This document shows, in pieces, positions 1 to 6,191 of a stretch of 7,617 nt of DNA (positions are counted from its first letter, which is position 1; every line of letters starts with the position of its first letter). Under the pieces are notes generated by a model that was not told the origin of the DNA, ran no database searches, and worked only from the letters and a program-made list of their open reading frames with translations. The DNA lies in assembly GCA_027031765.1 (NCBI GenBank), contig JALVPN010000009.1:1-7617 (forward strand), read 5' to 3'. The translations under genes were made by a program, and so were the position numbers. Source of the stretch: Promethearchaeota archaeon. GTDB lineage: Archaea; Asgardarchaeota; Thorarchaeia; Thorarchaeales; Thorarchaeaceae.

Positions 1-60
1 GGACTAGAGGGGGACGGCCTATAGTGAGTCTTATCAGGTGTCGCACTGGCTGTCCAACCG

Positions 61-1095
61 ATGGACGCAGAAGAAGTACGCAGGGCCATTGAGGATGTCC
101 GGCGAGGACTTGAGATGGAAAGGGGCGCGGCCCCACGGGTGCTCCGGGTCACGGTGCAGGCCGGTGTACTCCACATCATAGTAGAGGGACGCAGTGACAA
201 GAGCCTGTGCATGGGGCCCGGTGGGCGGGTGGTGGCCCGACTTGCAGAACGTCTTGGGACACCGGTGTCGGTCCACTGTGAGGACGAGCTCATTGTGCGG
301 AAACGACGACTGACGAGGACGCGTGACCGGGTCGTACGGGTCTACCAGAGGGCGACGGCTGCCCAACGCGAATTCCTGGATCTGCTCCTGCATGCGATTG
401 GACTGGAGCTCATGTTCCCGGAGGCGAGGGCAGACAACATGGAGCGGACGGACGGACGTGGACCCGGTGTCGCACTTGCGTATTCTGGTGGCACGGACAG
501 CACGGCATCACTGGTCCTCCTGCGGGCATGGGGCCTTGAGGTGCGCCCAGTGCTCGTCGACCCGGGATACCGTGTGCTCGGCCGGTCGGAGATAGGGCAT
601 GCATGCCAGGTGGCCAGAGAGATGGGCGTGGAGTGCAAAGTGGTGGAGGTGGGAGAGGAGTACCACACGACTGTGGAACGGGCCCTTGCGGGCGACCTGC
701 ACCCATGTGGTCACTGTCATGAACACCTGATCACGAGGGCAGTCGAGTGGGCAAGGAGAGAACAGGTCGAGACCCTTACTACGGGAGAGCTGTTGCCTAC
801 TGGGACTCATGCTGTCGTACTACGTGACGACGTACTCCTCGTCCACCTGCCAGCGGCCCTGTCGCTGACGAAGTACAGGACGGAGCTGCTCGCAAGACCC
901 TGGACTGGAGGGGGCACGACACAGTTCGGCTGCCTGCTGCTCAGGGAGGTACACAGGTACGGGTGGCGCATGCTGGCACCATCAGTGTACAGGGTGTTGA
1001 GGGAGCTCGAGGCAGGGGTGCTGTCCACAGGTACGGCCCTCAGGCTCATCAGGAGCATCGTGCGGCCGTCAGTATCGGTCGTGGGAGGGCCTTGA
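61..1095 (+). CDS. PP-loop (adenine nucleotide alpha-hydrolase) ATPase with N-terminal KH domain; resembles the uncharacterised archaeal COG1365-like family
   Basis: 344-aa ORF; in-frame TAG at 22-24 bounds the start. KH-like segment LHIIVEGRSDKSLCMGPGGRVVARLAERLG with GxxG loop (G52-G55); PP-loop ALAYSGGTDS (S142-S147); PCGHC (C216/C219), TGELL, LPAALSLTK and FGC (C291). Family name recalled from memory, not searched. Confidence 0.8.
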   Translation: MDAEEVRRAIEDVRRGLEMERGAAPRVLRVTVQAGVLHIIVEGRSDKSLCMGPGGRVVARLAERLGTPVSVHCEDELIVRKRRLTRTRDRVVRVYQRATAAQREFLDLLLHAIGLELMFPEARADNMERTDGRGPGVALAYSGGTDSTASLVLLRAWGLEVRPVLVDPGYRVLGRSEIGHACQVAREMGVECKVVEVGEEYHTTVERALAGDLHPCGHCHEHLITRAVEWARREQVETLTTGELLPTGTHAVVLRDDVLLVHLPAALSLTKYRTELLARPWTGGGTTQFGCLLLREVHRYGWRMLAPSVYRVLRELEAGVLSTGTALRLIRSIVRPSVSVVGGP

Positions 1096-1100
1096 GGAGG

Positions 1101-1583
1101 ATGAGAGGAGTATATGCGCTCATAGTCCTCGTTGGGGAGCCCTTTGACTCCGAAGTGGGGGCACTCGGGCATGTGGTGCTTGACCCAGGGATATGGGTGT
1201 ACGTTGGCTCCGCAATGGGGCGTGGCTCAACAAGCATCGAACAGCGGGTGAGAAGGCACCTGTCAGACGAGAAACGGCTCCACTGGCACATAGACTACGT
1301 ATTGACATGTGCCAAGGTCGTACAGGTGGTCTGGGCCGAAAGTACGAGCAGCAAGGAGTGCGACCTCGTGCAGGCGCTTGTCCGACGACCGGGGTTCGCA
1401 GCCGGGCCACGTGGGTTCGGTGCCTCTGACTGCAAGAGGGGCTGCACAGCACACATTGTCAGGGCCTCAGTCGATAGGGTCCATGTCGTTGTCGACCAGG
1501 TGACCAAGGCCTTCGTGGCCCTCGGACTCAGGCCACGCCTGATTGGAGAGCTGCACCTGGCCCGTGACTCACAGGTGCGTTGA
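1101..1583 (+). CDS. GIY-YIG (Uri) superfamily nuclease, DUF123-like
   Basis: Start reassigned to ATG 1101, 5 nt after the upstream stop, giving 160 aa. Motifs GVYAL...GIWVYVGSA (GIY-YIG), RVRRH (catalytic Arg), HWHIDY, KEC and GFGASDC-x3-C-x2-H, typical of archaeal DUF123 proteins. Confidence 0.85.
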   Translation: MRGVYALIVLVGEPFDSEVGALGHVVLDPGIWVYVGSAMGRGSTSIEQRVRRHLSDEKRLHWHIDYVLTCAKVVQVVWAESTSSKECDLVQALVRRPGFAAGPRGFGASDCKRGCTAHIVRASVDRVHVVVDQVTKAFVALGLRPRLIGELHLARDSQVR

Positions 1584-1680
1584 GGTAACAGCTGTCCCGT
1601 GTGTGGTTGTGTGCAGGCGGACTGGATGCCGCACATGTACGTGGTCGTGTACACCCGGAGTGGAGTGGTACTGTGCTCGG

Positions 1681-1691
1681 AAGTGTTAAAT
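1681..1691 (+). promoter_or_regulatory. Putative archaeal BRE/TATA box for the 1731 gene
   Basis: AAGTG-TTAAAT; the TATA-like part starts 45 nt upstream of ATG 1731 and is a rare AT-rich patch in GC-rich DNA. Confidence 0.5.
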
Positions 1692-1713
1692 TGTCTGGGC
1701 CAACGGGCATCCA

Positions 1714-1720
1714 GAGGAGG
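1714..1720 (+). promoter_or_regulatory. Shine-Dalgarno site
   Basis: GAGGAGG, 10 nt upstream of ATG 1731. Confidence 0.6.
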
Positions 1721-1730
1721 CTATGAGCAT

Positions 1731-1949
1731 ATGGCCAACTGGAAGACAATCCTGCAGGAACTCAAGACGACTGGAGAGGTGTTCACGGTCTACCTCCGGT
1801 ACGTCCAGAAGGACACCTTGGCCAAGATACCAAATGTAAGGGTCAGTGAGGTCTACGATGAGCATGTCATGCTCGAAAACCCGTCAGGGTATGGAATCCT
1901 AGGCTTCGACGACATACTATACATCTCCGTCCCGAGAGCGCACGCATAG
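1731..1949 (+). CDS. Small hypothetical protein with predicted Sm/Hfq-like (SH3-type beta-barrel) fold
   Basis: 72 aa from ATG 1731 (SD and TATA-like box upstream). N-terminal amphipathic helix WKTILQELK followed by five alternating hydrophobic strands ending DDILYISVP; the pattern parallels Hfq by eye. Confidence 0.75.
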   Translation: MANWKTILQELKTTGEVFTVYLRYVQKDTLAKIPNVRVSEVYDEHVMLENPSGYGILGFDDILYISVPRAHA

Positions 1950-2017
1950 GGCCATGGTGCGTCTGTCTATGAGCCGGGTCTGGACGAAGGAAAACGTCAT
2001 GGTGGGGGCCAGGTCCT

Positions 2018-2923
2018 GTGAGTGGAGTCGTCTACACACCGATTGAGGGCGAACGTACACTGGTGCAGAAGGCCACGTATGAACTGACAAACTACCGGTA
2101 CGTCCAGTATGACAGGGGTTCGCGAGCTACAGTGAGCATCCCGTTCCACATGATGCGCGAGTACCGTGTCACTGGAGAGAAGGCCCTTGTAAGACTGGTG
2201 AACGGCATCGCGAGCCTGTTCGGGCCCGTGCCGACACGGAGAGAGATCGGGCGGGCCCGTGCAGCTGGCGAGTTCCTCAGACTGACCATCAGACAGGCCA
2301 GAGAGCTGTGCAGCCTTTCAGGGATCCCCTTCGTCCACAGGTCGTACCCCTATGCGCGCTGGGCGGTTGTCGGTTACCACAGGGAGTTTGCCAGGCGCTT
2401 CTACGAGACCTATGCGTGGGTACGCGATGAGGCAGTTGAGACATACTGGCCCGAAGCATATGTGCTCACAGACTACAGGCTATACATCCACGACAGGTCA
2501 CGCGATGAAGACGTGCTCATCCCACTCCACACCATCAAGAAGTACGAGTCCAAGCTGCACCGCCTCAAGCTGTCAACAAAGATAGGCAAGTTCGACCTGA
2601 GAGGAAAGGTGCCGTCAGAAGACCACATCGAGCGGGTGCTTGAGAAGCGTGCGTGGTCGAGACTGCCGAAGGAGCGCCTCGACTGGCTCACCATGACGTA
2701 CGACGAGCTTGCCAGGCGACACCCACTCCCGGAAGTGGGCGAGGAGGAGCCCGCACCCCCTGAGAGGGGTCGTGGAGTGGTGCTGAGACCGACCATCAAG
2801 ACGCGGTGCGAGTACTGCGGTGCCCCAATGAACTACGAGAACATTGACTGGGTGGGCCCGGATCAGTACGCATGCACAGCCTGTGGTACGACCTACAACG
2901 TAGAGTACCGACGCATACGGTGA
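2018..2923 (+). CDS. Hypothetical protein: two tandem PH-like domains plus C-terminal C4 zinc ribbon
   Basis: 301 aa, GTG start. Internal repeat at offset 127 aa with Y-x-LT[ND]YR...DR...V-x-IP-x-H signature; Pro/Glu linker; CEYC (264-267) and CTAC (286-289). Confidence 0.8.
   Translation: MSGVVYTPIEGERTLVQKATYELTNYRYVQYDRGSRATVSIPFHMMREYRVTGEKALVRLVNGIASLFGPVPTRREIGRARAAGEFLRLTIRQARELCSLSGIPFVHRSYPYARWAVVGYHREFARRFYETYAWVRDEAVETYWPEAYVLTDYRLYIHDRSRDEDVLIPLHTIKKYESKLHRLKLSTKIGKFDLRGKVPSEDHIERVLEKRAWSRLPKERLDWLTMTYDELARRHPLPEVGEEEPAPPERGRGVVLRPTIKTRCEYCGAPMNYENIDWVGPDQYACTACGTTYNVEYRRIR
2078..2635 (+). repeat. Protein-level internal duplication in the 2018-2923 CDS
   Basis: aa 21-79 (nt 2078-2254) aligns without gaps to aa 148-206 (nt 2459-2635), 19/59 identities counted by hand. 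Confidence 0.8.
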
Positions 2924-3029
2924 GCGCTGCCAGTCAGTGGCGGCAATGGTGTCGGTGGCAGCAAGCAGGACACAGCGTCTGCAGGTGGGCCGCATGTGGC
3001 GAGACGGGGAGGGACGGCGTGATCCAGAC

Positions 3030-4934
3030 TCAGGACGTGTACGCCCTTGTCCACTCCAGTGAGAGGCGGCGGACTGTATCGTCGGTGGGCAGACCGGTCT
3101 TGACGTCCCATCCCCGGAGGCGGTAGTAGTCATCAAGCATGGGCTCCAGGTCCACCGTCTGGCCTTTCCCGGGCCCTTCAGGCATCGGCTCATCTGTGAA
3201 CCGGGAGGGGAGCCTGTCGTCGGCCCGAGTGATGCCCTCTCTAGCATTGAACAGCCGCTTCAGTGTGACCTGGCGCTCAGCAATCTCGGTGAGGCGTTCC
3301 ACGGAGCCCAGCTCGTCAATGCCTGTGGCGAGGGGCAACACCTTGGCAAAGTCTTCCATCCAGAAGATGGGTGGCCACGACACCGAGTACCAGCATGCGA
3401 TGAGCGTGTCACGGATACAGTACGCGTTCTCCGTTTCCACAACGGCCACGGCCTTGTGCTGTTCCGTGTACGGGTCCAGGATTTCCGGGATCTTGTCGGC
3501 ACCCCAGCGGCGTGCCGCCACCTCCTCGTAGCCCAGCTGGTCCACCACGACGAGGCTACGCAGGTGGTCTGCGCCCCGGGCACCTGTGGCATGTGAGAGG
3601 GCGATGCTCCGGTGGGTGCGGCCGTCCTGACCGGACACCTCAAGGCCCTTGACATGGATTGCATACTTGTCAGCGCCATGGCCGATGCGCCGTGCAGCCT
3701 CGCGGGTGCCCTCTGCAAGGGTGTTTCCGAAGCCCTCCCGTCCTGCAATCATCTCAAGGAGGCGCAGTGCCGCGTCCCTGTCGCCCCACTCGAGGCGGAG
3801 GCCACCGGTCACCGCTTCGTCTATGATACCGTGTTCGAACAGCTCGAAGGCGAAGGCAACTGTGGCGCCGGCTGAGATTATGTCGAGGCCGTACTTGTTG
3901 CAGATGTGGTTGGCACAGAGTGTGGTCGGGTAGTCGTCGATTCCAATCAGGCTGCCGAAGGCCATCAGCCCCTCATACTCTGGGCCCTCCTCCAAGAGGC
4001 CGGCATGGGGGCCCTCACGGACGTAGTTGACCTTCTTACAGCCGAGGCTGCAGCCGAAACACGCCCTGTCAGAGACCGTGTACCTCGGCCGGATGTGTTC
4101 GGCACTGAGGCGCTCCCAGCCGTGGAACACGCCAGTACGGTGGTTGTAGGTAGGGAGCTCGCCAATCTGTTGTTTGACGGCGGTGAGCAGCCATGTCCCC
4201 CACCTGCCCATCTCCCTCGCCTGCGGGTTGTTGCGCACACGCATGTGGGCGTCTTCTGCAAGCCTGACGAACTCCTCGTGGCGCGCGACCGTGACTGCAC
4301 CGTGACCACGGACTGCAATGGCCTTCACGTTCTTCGCACCCATGACAGCGCCCATGCCCGTCCTGCCAGCCGCACGCGCGTTGTTGACTATCACTGATGC
4401 AAAGCGCACCTTCTTCTCTCCGGAGGGGCCGATGGCAGCGACCTGCACTGCGGGGTCATAGTGACGACGCTTGATCTCCGCGGTCACCTCGTCCGTCTTC
4501 ATACCGGTAAGGTCGTGGGCGTCAATGATGTCGACGTCCGAGTCGTGGACCCATACGTACACCGGTCTCTCAGCCTGCCCCTGGAGCACGAGCATGTCGT
4601 AGCCGGCGAACTTCAACTCGGGCCCGAGAAAGCCCCCCACATGGCTCTCGCCCCAGATGCCCGTCAGCGGTGATTTTGCAACAAAGACGGTGCGACCGCT
4701 CATCGGCCAGAGCGTCCCGGTGATGGGGCCCGTGGCGATGATAAGCCTGTTGTCGGGGCCCAGCGGGTCAGAGCGTGGCGGCACCTCTTCGAACAGGAGC
4801 CGGGCAGCAAGGCCATCACCACCTATGAACTGTGGCAGCCACTCCACAGGTAGTGGCTCAGTCCTGATAGACTCGTCAGACAGGTCGACCCTCAGGAACT
4901 TTCCGACATAACCACCGGGGGTGTTGCGTCCCAT
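3030..4934 (-). CDS. aor: Tungsten-dependent aldehyde:ferredoxin oxidoreductase, catalytic subunit (AOR/WOR family)
   Basis: 634 aa from ATG 4934 (GGAGGT 6 nt upstream). Motifs KSPLTG..GES..GG, AAGRTGMGAVMGAKNVKAI, CFGCSLGC plus distal DTLIAC (four [4Fe-4S] Cys), EGPEYE, KYGLDIISAG, VKGLE, RGADH, DRLPSRF, YY.LRGWD..TG.PT. Confidence 0.96.
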   Translation of the reverse strand: MGRNTPGGYVGKFLRVDLSDESIRTEPLPVEWLPQFIGGDGLAARLLFEEVPPRSDPLGPDNRLIIATGPITGTLWPMSGRTVFVAKSPLTGIWGESHVGGFLGPELKFAGYDMLVLQGQAERPVYVWVHDSDVDIIDAHDLTGMKTDEVTAEIKRRHYDPAVQVAAIGPSGEKKVRFASVIVNNARAAGRTGMGAVMGAKNVKAIAVRGHGAVTVARHEEFVRLAEDAHMRVRNNPQAREMGRWGTWLLTAVKQQIGELPTYNHRTGVFHGWERLSAEHIRPRYTVSDRACFGCSLGCKKVNYVREGPHAGLLEEGPEYEGLMAFGSLIGIDDYPTTLCANHICNKYGLDIISAGATVAFAFELFEHGIIDEAVTGGLRLEWGDRDAALRLLEMIAGREGFGNTLAEGTREAARRIGHGADKYAIHVKGLEVSGQDGRTHRSIALSHATGARGADHLRSLVVVDQLGYEEVAARRWGADKIPEILDPYTEQHKAVAVVETENAYCIRDTLIACWYSVSWPPIFWMEDFAKVLPLATGIDELGSVERLTEIAERQVTLKRLFNAREGITRADDRLPSRFTDEPMPEGPGKGQTVDLEPMLDDYYRLRGWDVKTGLPTDDTVRRLSLEWTRAYTS

Positions 4935-4940
4935 CTCTCT

Positions 4941-4946
4941 ACCTCC
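4941..4946 (-). promoter_or_regulatory. Shine-Dalgarno site for aor
   Basis: Minus strand reads GGAGGT-AGAGAG-ATG(4934). Confidence 0.7.
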
Positions 4947-4951
4947 ATCCC

Positions 4952-5440
4952 TCACCCCTGCGACGCGGTGCGCTCTATCTCCTCAAGGTACGCAGGAATC
5001 TTCCTGCGCCGGTCGAGCACGGCTGCCACATCGACCGGACCGTACGAGATCGCGCCAGTAGGGCAGACCTTTGCACAGGCAGGGTCGCCACCACAGTGGT
5101 CACACTTGACAATCCTCATCTTCACCGTGTCGAGGAGTATGACGCCATAGACGCAGGCGGCAACGCAGCTCTTGCAGAGGATACACCTGTCGTGGTCAAC
5201 GAAGGTCATCTTCGACACCGGGTCCCTGCGCATGGCATACACAGGACATACCTCGACACAGGGCGCCTCCTCGCAGGGCCCGCACACAAACGGGATGTCA
5301 ACACCGAGGTCATCATAACTGACTATACGGAGGCGCGCAAGGCTCGGCTGGAACACGCCCTCCTGCCGGGCAGTACACGCGAGCTCACATACCCGACAGC
5401 CAGTGCAACGTGTGTGGTCAACTGTAAGTCGTGCTACCAA
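4952..5440 (-). CDS. 4x[4Fe-4S] electron-transfer subunit (DmsB/CooF-like; AorA-type partner of AOR)
   Basis: 16 Cys in four motifs: CTGCRVCELAC, CGPCEEAPCVEVCP, CILCKSCVAAC, CDHCGGDPACAKVCP. Start assigned to TTG 5440 (GGTGA 5 nt upstream), 162 aa; the exact start is uncertain. Confidence 0.93.
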   Translation of the reverse strand: MVARLTVDHTRCTGCRVCELACTARQEGVFQPSLARLRIVSYDDLGVDIPFVCGPCEEAPCVEVCPVYAMRRDPVSKMTFVDHDRCILCKSCVAACVYGVILLDTVKMRIVKCDHCGGDPACAKVCPTGAISYGPVDVAAVLDRRRKIPAYLEEIERTASQG

Positions 5441-5445
5441 ACATA

Positions 5446-5450
5446 TCACC
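5446..5450 (-). promoter_or_regulatory. Shine-Dalgarno site for the Fe-S subunit
   Basis: Minus strand GGTGA-TATGT-TTG(5440); GGTGA is a common archaeal anti-SD complement. Confidence 0.55.
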
Positions 5451-5477
5451 GCGTACCCGTGGCCTCTACACTGTGCG

Positions 5478-5488
5478 CTAAAAGCTTT
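5478..5488 (-). promoter_or_regulatory. Putative BRE/TATA box of the Fe-S/aor operon
   Basis: Minus strand AAAGC-TTTTAG; the TATA-like part begins 43 nt upstream of TTG 5440. Confidence 0.55.
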
Positions 5489-5513
5489 GGCAAGGCAGGC
5501 ACCCAAGTATGTG

Positions 5514-5524
5514 AACAATTTAAT
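5514..5524 (+). promoter_or_regulatory. Putative BRE/TATA box of the divergent 5559 gene
   Basis: AACAA-TTTAAT; the TATA-like part begins 40 nt upstream of ATG 5559, which has no SD. Confidence 0.55.
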
Positions 5525-5533
5525 AGAAGTCAG

Positions 5534-5544
5534 GTTGAGTCAAC
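5534..5544. promoter_or_regulatory. Inverted repeat GTTGA-G-TCAAC, possible operator
   Basis: Perfect 5-bp arms with 1-nt spacer, between the TATA-like box and ATG 5559 in the divergent intergenic region. Confidence 0.3.
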
Positions 5545-5558
5545 TACAGGCGATAGAC

Positions 5559-5954
5559 ATGAGTGAAGACAGGAACCAAGGAAAGCGTGACTACACAGAA
5601 GTTGAGTTCGAACTCGGCGACCTTGAGTTTGAGGCCAAGGGGAAGAGTGTCGTGGTAGAACGGATGTTCAAGCTCCTGCTTCAGAAGATAGAGTCCGGAG
5701 GCATTGCAATAGGCCTCGCAATGGGGCAGGACGAGGAAGAAGAGGAAGAAGAGGAGGAAAAGGAAGAGGAAGGCGCACCGGAGGAAGCGGGAGACACGGG
5801 AGACCTAGCCGTGGGCGGACCAGAGACCAGCAAGGAGTCCTTAGAAGGTGGTACCGTATTGGAATCGCCCGATTTGGGGCTCGGTTCTGTCGGTACACCG
5901 CCCACCGATACTGACACAGGACCCGACAGGCCGCCCTCATGGGACGCGCTGTAG
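5559..5954 (+). CDS. Hypothetical protein: small N-terminal beta-beta-alpha module plus long acidic disordered tail
   Basis: 131 aa from ATG 5559. EVEFELGDLEFEAKG (hairpin) and VVVERMFKLLLQKIE (helix), then poly-Glu and a Gly/Pro/Asp/Thr-rich tail ending DRPPSWDAL. Confidence 0.75.
   Translation: MSEDRNQGKRDYTEVEFELGDLEFEAKGKSVVVERMFKLLLQKIESGGIAIGLAMGQDEEEEEEEEEKEEEGAPEEAGDTGDLAVGGPETSKESLEGGTVLESPDLGLGSVGTPPTDTDTGPDRPPSWDAL
5733..5773 (+). repeat. 41-nt pure purine (GAR)n tract encoding poly-Glu
   Basis: No pyrimidine from 5733 to 5773; encodes EEEEEEEEEKEEE plus the first two bases of a Gly codon. Confidence 0.9.
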
Positions 5955-6191
5955 GCCTACGACAGTGACACGTACCGTAGCGTCGCGGACTGGGACTGTC
6001 AGCTCTGGTGTCCTGTCCTGAGCGTCATGCTGGACAGAGTGCCGCAACCGTGCTAGAGCGGTCAGGAGTGAGACGTGCAGTCTTTCCGCACCCGGTCGGT
6101 AGCGGTACAGCACTGCCGGGGCTGCGTGGCCGTGGTCGGCTGACATGCGCAGTATGCCAGCACGGTGGTCGTTGGGGCGGGACGCCCTCAC
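5937..6191 (-). CDS. Possible small hypothetical protein (84 aa from GTG 6191, or 69 aa from ATG 6146)
   Basis: Fills the 233-nt gap between convergent genes; the GTG overlaps the ilvE stop as GTGA; Asp/His/Tyr codons are mostly GAC/CAC/TAC like the real genes. No recognisable motif or SD. Confidence 0.3.
   Translation of the reverse strand: MRASRPNDHRAGILRMSADHGHAAPAVLYRYRPGAERLHVSLLTALARLRHSVQHDAQDRTPELTVPVRDATVRVTVVGLQRVP

Noticed and set aside
61-1095. Calling gene 1 queC (7-cyano-7-deazaguanine synthase)
   Set aside because: It is longer than QueC, has an N-terminal KH domain, lacks the QueC C-terminal four-Cys zinc motif, and has no que genes nearby.
963-1100. N-terminal extension of the GIY-YIG ORF in the track (start 963)
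   Set aside because: It overlaps the PP-loop gene, and the family motif begins right after ATG 1101. The same reasoning (SD/TATA position, domain start) was used to trim the track starts at 1599, 4955, 5403, 5518 and 7405.
2926-2944. Hairpin GCTGCCA-GTCAG-TGGCGGC just after the stop at 2923, as a terminator
   Set aside because: No U-tract on either side, and short GC stems are common by chance at this composition.
3139-4673. Plus-strand ORFs of 70-163 aa antisense to aor, and similar shadow ORFs over the other genes
   Set aside because: Expected stop-poor antisense and alternate frames in high-GC coding DNA; no motifs, SD or promoter support.
5998-6028. SECIS/kink-turn-like element on the minus strand (AUGAC-GCUC...GAGC-UGAC) downstream of the ilvE UGA
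   Set aside because: ilvE ends at its normal family C-terminus, no gene here has an internal UGA at a Cys position, the upper stem is short, there is no lower helix, and a competing CUGUCC/GGACAG hairpin overlaps it.
6062-6190. UGA read-through of ilvE into a Cys-rich 41-aa extension
   Set aside because: No metal-binding spacing or homology that I recognise; consistent with random GC-rich sequence.
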